NCBI GenBank assembly: GCA_023487035.1
Contig: JAMDEN010000014.1
Coordinates: 683 to 64,682, forward strand
Reading direction: 5' to 3'
Length of the DNA: 64,000 bases
Source of the DNA: Actinomycetota bacterium
Lineage (GTDB): Bacteria; Actinomycetota; Humimicrobiia; Humimicrobiales; Humimicrobiaceae
Below, piece by piece: positions 8,475 to 17,548 of this stretch. The position numbers and the translations under genes are program-made. Positions within the stretch are counted from its first letter, which is position 1. The number at the start of each line of letters is the position of its first letter. Under the pieces are notes generated by a model. That model searched no databases. It was not told the origin of the DNA and saw only the letters and a list, made by a program, of their open reading frames with translations.

Positions 8475-11400
8475 GTGGCAAGATCAACTGTTCATTATAC
8501 TGATAATGAAACAAATAATATCTTAAAAAGGCTTCACAATAAATTAAGACCTGCTGGTACCCCTGTTCAAAGGGTTGAATATATTATCGAACTTTTACTT
8601 CTTCGTATTTTTGAAATCAAATTAAAGCAGGATGAAGATTTTATACCTTTAAGAAGTCTTTTTGAAGGTGAGAATTATCAATTATTATTTTCTCATCTTG
8701 TAAGTATTCCGGGAGAACAAATAAAAATTTACCTTAATAAAAATATTTTTCCCTTTTATGCCCAAATTTTATCTAAAGCGAGAAGTGTATTTAAAGAAAA
8801 TTTACCACAAAAAGTTCAGGATAATTTAGTTTTAATTGAAGAAGTATTTGCCAATTCCAGCTTTTCAACCAATGTTCAAAGTGGTAATATGACTGAAATT
8901 ATTGGACTTGTTTCAGATATTGATGAGAATACTATTTTAAGAACTGATATTTTAGGCGATGCTATAGAATCAGCACTTTCTGAAACGGGAGGTACACAGG
9001 ATATAGGACTTTTTAGAACTCCTGAGCATATTCGCCAGATGATGGTTGCATTAGCCAATCCTACTTTCGAAGATACAATATTTGACCCTGCCTGTGGAAC
9101 AGGGGGTTTTCTTTTTGATGCTTATCATTATGTTTTAGAAAAGATTACTAAAGATGGAAAATGGCCGTCTTCAAAATTTCCACCATCTCATCCTGAATTA
9201 AATGAATATTTCAAGAAATACTTTATAAAATTTAATGAACCAATACCAGATATCGATACTGCCAATAGATTTTATCGCGAAGGAGTTAGTGGAATTGAAT
9301 ATTTGGGAATGATAAGGAAGATGGCGGCAATCAATCTTTATATTCGAGGTTTAAATCCGGCAAATATTATCCAAGGGGATTCTTTACAACGCTTTAACCC
9401 TGCACTTGATATGGAATCAAAGACTTTGATATTAAGTAATCCTCCTTTTGGTGCAGAAAGAGACCAACCAGCATATCCGAATATTTGGCAGGAATATGCA
9501 AAGGAGTCTGAAACAACAATTTTATTTGTAAAATTAATGTTTGATTTGCTTAAAAAAGGCGGTAGGTGTGCAGTTGTAGTGTCAGAAGGATTTTTAACCT
9601 GGGATAAAGCATCTGCAAGAGCAATGAGAAAAATTCTTTTAGAAGAGGCAAATTTAAGAGCAATTATTAGTGTTCCTCAAGGTGTTTTTGTCAGCAAGCA
9701 AGGCCAGGGTGCAAAAACCTCTATTTTATACTTTGAAAAAGGTGAACCTACTAAGTGGGTATGGTATTACAAGATTGAAAATGATGGCTTCTCAATGGGG
9801 GTGAATAGAAAACCTATTGAGGGATGCCAAATTCCAGAGATAATTGAGCTCTTTCATAATTATGTAAAACAAGGCAAAATTCCACCAGAAACAAAAAATA
9901 GTTTTATTATTCCTGCGGAATGGATAAAAACATTAGACCCGAGATTAAAAGAAAGAATAAAACAAGAAACAAAAAAAGTAATTTTGCTAAGGAATAAGGG
10001 TAAAAGAGACAAATTAGTTGAGGAGCTAGAAGAGAAAAAACAAAGAGGAAAAATAACCGATGAAATAATAAAAGAAAAACTCTGGCAGTTTGATAATGTT
10101 TTAGAAAACAAAATTAAAAATGAAATATCAAAGCAGATAGAGAAATCGCACCTTTATTCTTTCAATCTTCAGACATATAGAAGCGATCTAACTGATGAGC
10201 AAATCAAAGAATGGCAGAAAGCTTTAAAGAATATTGAGCCAAAAAATAATTCAACTTTGGATGAAAAATACCAGATGCTAAAAACTGCTGATGAAAAATT
10301 AGCTCTTCAATTAATAGCTTCTTTAAACCCAAAAAGTGCCATTGAAATGGACATAGCACATGAGTTTGTAGGAGCAAATCATGAATTGCATATATTTAGA
10401 AGTTTGAATGAGATATTGAAGAAAAGACATAGATATCCAAAAGAAAAACTTGAGAATCTTTTAATACCTAAATATGAAAAAATTGCCAAAGAAGACTACA
10501 AAGGCGATTTTGAGATAATTGAAAAAATAGATTTTGCAAAAGGGCAAATATATTTTAGAAAAGAAAAGCTGACAGGAATGGATCTTTATAAAGCAAATAC
10601 TGGGGATTTAATAACTTCAAAAATTAATCTTTATCAAGGTGCTATCACAATTGCTCCAATTGATTTGGTTTGTTCAACACATTATCAAGTTTATGAGATA
10701 AATACTCAAAAAATACTGCCAAAATATATGTTTTATGTTTTGAGATCAAAGAAATTTTTAGAACCAATTGCAGAGCAAAGAAGCCAAGGTATTAAAAATG
10801 AACAAGGACCAAAGTTTTTGTTAGATTTTTCAATCCCACTTCCCCCTCTTGAGGTTCAGCAACAGATTGTAGAACAAATTGAAAGGCAAAAAGCTATCAT
10901 TGAGGGTGCAGAAAAGATTTTGGAGAACTGGGAGGTAGATATAAATAGATTTTATGGTGAACAATTTGAATTCAGAGAGATTTTCAAAACTCAATATGGC
11001 TATACTGCCTCGGGAACTAATTATGGGGAATTTCGGCTGATTAGGATTACAGACATAAATAGATATGGACAATTAATTGAAGAAAATAAAATGTATGTAA
11101 ATACAATTAGCGAAGCCGATAAACAAATATATATGCTGAAAAAGGGAGATATTTTGATTGCAAGGACAGGAGCTACTTTTGGAAAAATGCTTTATTTTGA
11201 TAAAGATGAAAAGGCGATTTTTGGTTCATATTTGATTAGGTTAATACCTAAGATAAAAATAAATTCTAAATATATATGGTATTACTCATTTTCTATGTCT
11301 TATTGGAAACAAGCTAAAGAATTGGTCGAAGGAGGAACTCAACCTCAATTTAATGCAAATAAAATCATCAAAATAAAAATCCCTATTCCTCCTCTTGAAA

Positions 11401-11522
11401 TCCAAAAACAAATTATTGAAGAATTGGACAAAGAGATGGGGGTATTAGAAAAAGTCAAATTCCTTAAACAAAAAGCCGAAAAAAGAATTGAGGAGATTTT
11501 AGAAAAAGCATGGGGAGAATAA
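8475..11522 (+). CDS. fused type I restriction-modification methyltransferase-specificity protein (HsdM domain + two HsdS target-recognition domains)
   Basis: 1015 aa. GTG start 5 nt after AAAGGAA. HsdM_N-like N-terminus. N6-adenine MTase motif I DPACGTGGFL and motif IV NPPFG. Coiled-coil linker. Two TRD-like halves, each ending in the HsdS conserved-region pattern (PLPPLEVQQQIVEQIE.., PIPPLEIQKQIIEELD..). Confidence 0.8.
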   Translation: MARSTVHYTDNETNNILKRLHNKLRPAGTPVQRVEYIIELLLLRIFEIKLKQDEDFIPLRSLFEGENYQLLFSHLVSIPGEQIKIYLNKNIFPFYAQILSKARSVFKENLPQKVQDNLVLIEEVFANSSFSTNVQSGNMTEIIGLVSDIDENTILRTDILGDAIESALSETGGTQDIGLFRTPEHIRQMMVALANPTFEDTIFDPACGTGGFLFDAYHYVLEKITKDGKWPSSKFPPSHPELNEYFKKYFIKFNEPIPDIDTANRFYREGVSGIEYLGMIRKMAAINLYIRGLNPANIIQGDSLQRFNPALDMESKTLILSNPPFGAERDQPAYPNIWQEYAKESETTILFVKLMFDLLKKGGRCAVVVSEGFLTWDKASARAMRKILLEEANLRAIISVPQGVFVSKQGQGAKTSILYFEKGEPTKWVWYYKIENDGFSMGVNRKPIEGCQIPEIIELFHNYVKQGKIPPETKNSFIIPAEWIKTLDPRLKERIKQETKKVILLRNKGKRDKLVEELEEKKQRGKITDEIIKEKLWQFDNVLENKIKNEISKQIEKSHLYSFNLQTYRSDLTDEQIKEWQKALKNIEPKNNSTLDEKYQMLKTADEKLALQLIASLNPKSAIEMDIAHEFVGANHELHIFRSLNEILKKRHRYPKEKLENLLIPKYEKIAKEDYKGDFEIIEKIDFAKGQIYFRKEKLTGMDLYKANTGDLITSKINLYQGAITIAPIDLVCSTHYQVYEINTQKILPKYMFYVLRSKKFLEPIAEQRSQGIKNEQGPKFLLDFSIPLPPLEVQQQIVEQIERQKAIIEGAEKILENWEVDINRFYGEQFEFREIFKTQYGYTASGTNYGEFRLIRITDINRYGQLIEENKMYVNTISEADKQIYMLKKGDILIARTGATFGKMLYFDKDEKAIFGSYLIRLIPKIKINSKYIWYYSFSMSYWKQAKELVEGGTQPQFNANKIIKIKIPIPPLEIQKQIIEELDKEMGVLEKVKFLKQKAEKRIEEILEKAWGE

Positions 11523-13876
11523 AAAATAAATCAGGACAAGACATGATTAAAAGAATTAAAAAAATCAAAAATATAGCAGTTTTTAAGGATTTTAATTGGG
11601 ATTCAAATATTATTCCTGATTTTAAAAAGTATAATGCTTTTTACGGTTGGAATGGAACCGGTAAAACTACGATTGCTAGAATTTTGTCTACTTTTGAAAA
11701 ATGCGAATTAGGTAAACTTGAATTAGACGATGATTCACTCTGTGTTATTGAAATAGACAATAGTACATTAAAGTTATCAAAAAATGATCCTATTCCGGAT
11801 TTACTTAAAAATAATATAAGGGTTTTTAACGAAGATTTTGTAAATGAGAATCTTGATTGGGTAGAAGGAAGGGCTTCAAAAATTTTAATAATGGGTAAAG
11901 AACAGAAAAAACAGAGGGAAACATTAGATTCAATAATATATAAGTTAGGAAATAAAAATAATGATCTTAAAATGAAAGAGCAAGAAAATAGCAATATTAA
12001 AAAAGAGAAAAACAATATTTTAGAAAAAGCAAGAAATGAAATAAAAGAAAATTTAAGAGAGGTTAATGATATAAAGCCTAAAAGTGGCCGAGCAACTGAC
12101 TATATAAACTATACTGTAGTAGATGTTGAAAATATATTAATAAAAAGTGATGAAGTTATATTAATTAAAGATGATGAGATGTTACAGCTCAAAAATTCAT
12201 TAAAAGAAAAGGAAACAAAGGAGCTTATTGAAGATATAGAAATTCATTTGGGGTGGATTCATAGCATTATAGAGAAATCAAAAAAGATATTTGAAACCAT
12301 CATCCCGGATGAAGGTTTAAGATTATTATCAAATTTAGGAAATATTGATGAAAAATTAAAAGAATGGTTAAGAGTTGGCTATGAGATTCATAAAGAAAAA
12401 CAACATCCAGTTATATGTGAATTTTGCAAAAACGAAATTCCAGAAAAGAGAATCGAAAAATTAGGAGAGTATTTTAGCGATGTTTTAATAAATTTGATTA
12501 AAAATATCGACCAAATTACTAAAGATATCTTACGGAATGAACTTCAAAACTTTCAATTAAAAAAAGAAAAATTTTATAGTGAATTTCAAAATGAGTTTTT
12601 GAATTTAAGCAATATATTCAATCAGCAAGAAAATATAATTAGGCAAGAATTAGATAAAATCAAAAAGATACTAGCAGAAAAGAAAAATAATTCTTCACAA
12701 AAAATTATTTTTGATTTTAATATTCTTAACAAATCCATTACAGGTTTAGAAAATATTATTATTCAGATAAATAGCCTGATTAAAAAGAATAATGAAAAAA
12801 CTAATTCATTTAAAGAAAAACGGGCTGAATATGCACATAATTTAGAATCAGCCATTATTAACAAATATAAACCTGATTATGATGAAAAAGAGAAGAGGTT
12901 AAATGAATTGTGGACGGATATAAAATCATTAAGCAAAGAAATAGAAGAATTAAAAACAAATCAAAATAATATTGAGCGAAACCTTAAAAAACATTATTTT
13001 GCTGCTGAAGAATTTAATAATTTATTGAGATTTTTTTTGGGAAGAAGTGAGATAAGTTTAGAAACGGTGGAAGATGGTTATTTAATAAAAAGAAATGGGA
13101 AAGTTGCAAGTAATTTAAGTGAAAGTGAAAAAAATACAATAGCACTAATTTATTTTCTAATTAAATTAGATGAAGAAAATTTTGATTCTAAAAATGGAAT
13201 AATTGTGATAGATGACCCCGTTTCAAGTTTTGACTCTCAATATCTTTATGGTGCTTTTGCATTTATAAAAGAAAAAGTTAAAGAATTAAATCCACAACAA
13301 GTTTTTATTTTTACCCATAATTTTCCGTTTTTCAGACTTGTTAGAGATTGGATGAAATATGAATATTCTAGAAAAACTTGGGATAAGTTGCCATTTTATA
13401 TGATAAAATCCAAATTAAATGCTACTGGGCGCTATTCTACTTTAGATAAAATAGACAAATTATTAAATGAATATAACTCCGAATATTCTTATTTATTCAA
13501 AAAGATTTATAATAGGGCTAATACTCAAGATAGCAGTTTAGATGATGATTATATTTTCCCCAATGCGATAAGAAAATTTTTAGAGAATTATATTTCATTT
13601 AAAGTACCAATTAGTGGTATAAATATTCATGAGAAACTTAAAAATTTGTGTAATGACTATTATTCACTTATTGAACCGAAAATAAAAACACAAATAGAAT
13701 CTTATTGTCAAGACCAATCCCATCCTTTATATCAAGATAGTCCTATTGATTTTGATGAGAGATTACTTGGTGAAATACAAGAAATATGTTCAGCAATAAT
13801 TGAATTGGTAAAAAAAACAGATCCAAAGCATTATCAAAATTTATTGAAAGAATGTGGATTTAGTAATAATGAGTAA
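11510..13876 (+). CDS. AAA_13-family ABC-type ATPase with long coiled-coil and CxxC hook (RloC/PrrC-like candidate abortive-infection anticodon nuclease)
   Basis: 788 aa. Overlaps the hsdMS stop by 13 nt. Walker A GWNGTGKTT (aa 46-54). About 400-aa coiled-coil insert with C303-x2-C306 near its midpoint. Signature-like LSESEKNTIALIYFL. Walker B/D-loop IIVIDDPVSSFD. H-loop FIFTHN. C-terminal domain with FPNAIRKFLENYISFKVP...H. Confidence 0.6.
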   Translation: MGRIKNKSGQDMIKRIKKIKNIAVFKDFNWDSNIIPDFKKYNAFYGWNGTGKTTIARILSTFEKCELGKLELDDDSLCVIEIDNSTLKLSKNDPIPDLLKNNIRVFNEDFVNENLDWVEGRASKILIMGKEQKKQRETLDSIIYKLGNKNNDLKMKEQENSNIKKEKNNILEKARNEIKENLREVNDIKPKSGRATDYINYTVVDVENILIKSDEVILIKDDEMLQLKNSLKEKETKELIEDIEIHLGWIHSIIEKSKKIFETIIPDEGLRLLSNLGNIDEKLKEWLRVGYEIHKEKQHPVICEFCKNEIPEKRIEKLGEYFSDVLINLIKNIDQITKDILRNELQNFQLKKEKFYSEFQNEFLNLSNIFNQQENIIRQELDKIKKILAEKKNNSSQKIIFDFNILNKSITGLENIIIQINSLIKKNNEKTNSFKEKRAEYAHNLESAIINKYKPDYDEKEKRLNELWTDIKSLSKEIEELKTNQNNIERNLKKHYFAAEEFNNLLRFFLGRSEISLETVEDGYLIKRNGKVASNLSESEKNTIALIYFLIKLDEENFDSKNGIIVIDDPVSSFDSQYLYGAFAFIKEKVKELNPQQVFIFTHNFPFFRLVRDWMKYEYSRKTWDKLPFYMIKSKLNATGRYSTLDKIDKLLNEYNSEYSYLFKKIYNRANTQDSSLDDDYIFPNAIRKFLENYISFKVPISGINIHEKLKNLCNDYYSLIEPKIKTQIESYCQDQSHPLYQDSPIDFDERLLGEIQEICSAIIELVKKTDPKHYQNLLKECGFSNNE

Positions 13877-13930
13877 TTATCATGATCCTTAAAGAAACCG
13901 CATAAACATATTTAAGAGGAGTTGTGAGTT

Positions 13931-14974
13931 TTGCTAGTAAAAAAATCAAAAAATAACCTTACTGATAATCAAGCAGAGAAAACCGAAGATTCTGGCATTG
14001 TTATTTATCAAACAAATGATGGTAAAGTTGAATTAGATGTGAAACTTGAGAAAGAGACACTGTGGTTAACGCTTAATCAGATGGCTTTACTTTTTCAGAG
14101 AGACAAATCAGTTATATCAAGACATATAAAAAATATATATAAAACAGAAGAGTTAAATAAAAAATCAACTGTTGCATTTTTTGCAACAGTTCAAAATGAA
14201 GGTGGCAGACTTATTCAAAGACAAATGGAATATTACAATCTAGATATGATTATTTCTGTGGGCTATCGGGTAAATTCAAAGCAAGGTACTCAATTCCGTA
14301 TCTGGGCAACTAAGGTTTTGAAAGATTATCTTGTCCAAGGTTACGTCATAAATCAAAAAAAACTTCTGGAACAAACTGAGAAATTCGAGTTGCTGCAAAA
14401 TACTATAAATTTTTTAAAAAATAAATCTATATATCCTGAACTGCATGATAAAACAGAAGAACTTTTAAGCTTTCTTGAAGATTATTCAAAATCGCTTACT
14501 ATTCTAAATCAATACGATAGCGGTGAAATTTCTTTAGTTAAAGGATATAAACCAACTTATAAGATAACTTATAAAAAATGCGAGCAGTTGATACAAGAGG
14601 TAAAAATAAGTCTCATGCAGAAAAATGAGGCTACTGATTTATTTGGTAAAGAAATAAATAATAAACTTAAAAGTATAATTGGGGCAATTTATCAAACATT
14701 TAACAAAAAAGACTTGTATCCAAGTATTGAGGAAAAGGCAGCAAATTTATTGTATTTAATAATTAAAGACCATCCATTTGTTGATGGTAATAAGCGAATT
14801 GGTTCACTGCTTTTTTTACATTTCCTTGCAAAGAATAATTATTTATTAAAAAACAGTGGGGAAAGAAAAATTAATGATAACACTATTATTGCACTTGCTT
14901 TATTAATTGCTATAAGTTTGCCAGTTGAAAAAGATATTATGATTAAAATTATTACAAATTTGTTAATAGGATAA
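13931..14974 (+). CDS. RhuM-family protein with Fic/Doc (Fido) domain, Doc-type motif
   Basis: 347 aa. N-terminal RhuM-like region (IVIYQTNDGKVELDV..ETLWLTLNQMALLFQRDKSVISRHIKNI). C-terminal Fido motif HPFVDGNKRIG (Doc-type HxFx[DN][AG]NKR) at nt 14771-14803. TTG start at 13931 after AAGAGGAG. Confidence 0.75.
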   Translation: MLVKKSKNNLTDNQAEKTEDSGIVIYQTNDGKVELDVKLEKETLWLTLNQMALLFQRDKSVISRHIKNIYKTEELNKKSTVAFFATVQNEGGRLIQRQMEYYNLDMIISVGYRVNSKQGTQFRIWATKVLKDYLVQGYVINQKKLLEQTEKFELLQNTINFLKNKSIYPELHDKTEELLSFLEDYSKSLTILNQYDSGEISLVKGYKPTYKITYKKCEQLIQEVKISLMQKNEATDLFGKEINNKLKSIIGAIYQTFNKKDLYPSIEEKAANLLYLIIKDHPFVDGNKRIGSLLFLHFLAKNNYLLKNSGERKINDNTIIALALLIAISLPVEKDIMIKIITNLLIG

Positions 14975-14976
14975 TT

Positions 14977-17352
14977 ATGAATCTTAATGAAGCAACATCA
15001 ACTGATTTAAAGATAATAAACGAACTTCAGAAAATTGGCTGGAAACCAGGAGATACTCTACTTTATCAGCCAGAATATAAATTGACTGAAGACCAACAAA
15101 AAGAATTTTCTGGACATAAAAGTATTAAACCAGATGTTGTCCTCCAGGATTTACACGGTAATGTTTTAGCTGTTTTTGAAAATAAGCTTGAAAACGAGAA
15201 AAAAGCGTTAACCAAATTAAGAACTTTATATTGGCGTGTTTTAAAACCAAGATTTTTATACGCTTGTTCATCCGAAAGAATACTTTTTTATGATACTTGT
15301 TGGCGTGGACTGGAAGCAGGTGATTTCAGACGAGTTGACGGTTTTATGACACTGGAAGAAATGCTTTTAAAAATTGAGCAAGAAAAACAAAAGAATTTAC
15401 AAAGAGAAATTATTATTGATAAGGCAATAATTGGTGGTTATGACCCAGTAGTTGGTAAGGAAAGATATTTTCAGACTGAATGCGTTCAAACTTTGGTTGA
15501 AAAATATAAACAAGGAAAACAAAAAATGCTTGTGCATATGGCAACAGGTCTTGGAAAAACAAGGATAGCTGTTGCTTTTACAAAAGCATTATTACAGTAT
15601 GGACTTGCAAAAAGAGTTTTATTTGTGGTTGATAGAATTATACTTGCAGAACAAGCTCGTAATGAGGGATTTAGTTTGATTAATAAAGATTTTCATTGTG
15701 CCTGGGTTAAAAGTTCAAATTATAAACAATACAGAAATTATAATATCCATATTGTTGTTATTGATACTTTAGAGAATATTTTTCAGGAAATTCCCAATAC
15801 CTTTTATGATTTGATTATCGTTGATGAATGCCATCGTTCAATAAATATTAACCGTAAGTTGATTTTTGATCATTTTTTATGTCCAAGAGTAGGTTTAACT
15901 GCTACGCCAAAAAAGGCGATTTTAGCAAAAGATGCTAAAGATATTTCAGAAGAAGATTTAGAGATTTTAGACACTTATAAACTTTTTGGATGTGAAACAA
16001 ACGAACCAGATTATCAATTTGATTTATCCCATGGAATTGATGAAGGATTTTTAGCCCCATACAAAGTTTTGGAAATAAAAACCCAACTTACTAAGGAAGC
16101 AGAAGAAAAGGGAATTGAATTTGATTATGTTTTTGATCCTGACACAAGAAAAAAGATTGAATTAGATAAGACAAAAAAGATTTGGCTTGAACAACTTGAA
16201 AAGAAATACTTATCGGAAGAAAGAGCTTTAAGAATTGCTGAAGAAATCAAGAAAAATACTCAATATGGTGAAAAGATGATTTTATTTGGAGCAAGTCAAG
16301 CACATTGTATTATTCTTGCTGATGCCATTAACAAAGTTTTTAGTGATAATGGAGAAATTGCCCCAAAATATGCTGAGGCAATTATTTCAGATAATAGTAA
16401 TATAAATGATACTTTAAAAGAATGGTTTAAAAATCCAAATAGAAAACCATATATTGTAGCTTCAGTTGATATTATGACTACAGGAGTAGATATACCTTGT
16501 GTAAGATTTATCGGTTTTGTTACATTAACCAAATCTGTAGGAAAATATATTCAAATGCTTGGAAGAGGTACAAGACTTGATCCAAAATCAGGTAAGTTTA
16601 GCTTTACCATCTTAGATTTTGTAGGACTTTGCAAAAAGATGGAAGATAATGGAAAAGGTACACTAAAACCAAATATAAAAATTGTAAAAGAGTCAAAGAA
16701 CATCTTAAAAGGATGGGCTGAAAAAATAGGAGAAACTCCTATTAATTGGGTTTTTATACCTAATCCTGATCCTGCAAATATGATTCAAAGGGTTTGGGTT
16801 CATGAGCGAGGTATTAAAATTATAGATAATATCCCGATAGAAGAAGCAAAAAAGTTATTTGAAGAAGAGGCACAGAAAATCACAAGAGATGATATATTAT
16901 CATTGCAACAAAAAGTTAAAGAAAATCCAAAATATGAACCTACTGATAGCGATTTAGAAATTATAAAAGAATGGGCAAAAAATCCTGAAATATATCTTGA
17001 TGAAGAACAACTTAAAAGGATATACAATTATCCTCAAGGAAATATCTGGGATTTCTTTTTACATGCTACTGGAGTTAAAAGTATACCAACACTTGAAGAA
17101 AGGATAGAAAAAGGATTTGAAGAATTTATTAAAGCTTACAATTTCACTAATGACGAGCAGGTAAGAATTCTTGAAAGAATAAAAAATATTTTAGCTAAAA
17201 ATTATATAAATAATAAAAGATTATCTTCTAATGATATATTCTCCTCGCCCATTTATGAACAGATTGTTGGTAGAAAAGAAGAATTAGATAAAGTATTTCA
17301 AAATAGATTTTCTGAAATTTTAAAATATCTCGAAGAATCAATTAAAATTTAA
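14977..17352 (+). CDS. HsdR-like restriction endonuclease subunit (N-terminal PD-(D/E)xK nuclease + SF2 helicase), short form
   Basis: 791 aa. N-terminal KPDVVL...VFENKLE (PD...ExK). Helicase motif I MATGLGKTRIA, motif II IIVDECHR, motif III TATP, motif VI QMLGRGTR. Immediately follows the RhuM gene (stop/start separated by 2 nt). Confidence 0.8.
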   Translation: MNLNEATSTDLKIINELQKIGWKPGDTLLYQPEYKLTEDQQKEFSGHKSIKPDVVLQDLHGNVLAVFENKLENEKKALTKLRTLYWRVLKPRFLYACSSERILFYDTCWRGLEAGDFRRVDGFMTLEEMLLKIEQEKQKNLQREIIIDKAIIGGYDPVVGKERYFQTECVQTLVEKYKQGKQKMLVHMATGLGKTRIAVAFTKALLQYGLAKRVLFVVDRIILAEQARNEGFSLINKDFHCAWVKSSNYKQYRNYNIHIVVIDTLENIFQEIPNTFYDLIIVDECHRSININRKLIFDHFLCPRVGLTATPKKAILAKDAKDISEEDLEILDTYKLFGCETNEPDYQFDLSHGIDEGFLAPYKVLEIKTQLTKEAEEKGIEFDYVFDPDTRKKIELDKTKKIWLEQLEKKYLSEERALRIAEEIKKNTQYGEKMILFGASQAHCIILADAINKVFSDNGEIAPKYAEAIISDNSNINDTLKEWFKNPNRKPYIVASVDIMTTGVDIPCVRFIGFVTLTKSVGKYIQMLGRGTRLDPKSGKFSFTILDFVGLCKKMEDNGKGTLKPNIKIVKESKNILKGWAEKIGETPINWVFIPNPDPANMIQRVWVHERGIKIIDNIPIEEAKKLFEEEAQKITRDDILSLQQKVKENPKYEPTDSDLEIIKEWAKNPEIYLDEEQLKRIYNYPQGNIWDFFLHATGVKSIPTLEERIEKGFEEFIKAYNFTNDEQVRILERIKNILAKNYINNKRLSSNDIFSSPIYEQIVGRKEELDKVFQNRFSEILKYLEESIKI

Positions 17353-17548
17353 ATTTTATGAAAATCAAGAATTTAATAAATTCAGAATAATATTGGTCTG
17401 GTTAGATAATCTGGCTTATATATTCTTTTAATTAAGCAATTTCTAATATATCATTAATTTAATTATAAGCTTAATTGTAAACTTAAAATTTAGATCGTAA
17501 TTTAGATCGCAAAAACATTTATTTTGTACAAATAAAATATTAAAAATT

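Noticed and set aside
8475-11522. Phase-variable hsdS (inverted repeats/shufflons or SSR tracts)
   Set aside because: The two TRD conserved-repeat regions are divergent at the DNA level. No long identical repeats, inverted hsdS' cassettes, recombinase gene or homopolymer tracts were seen.
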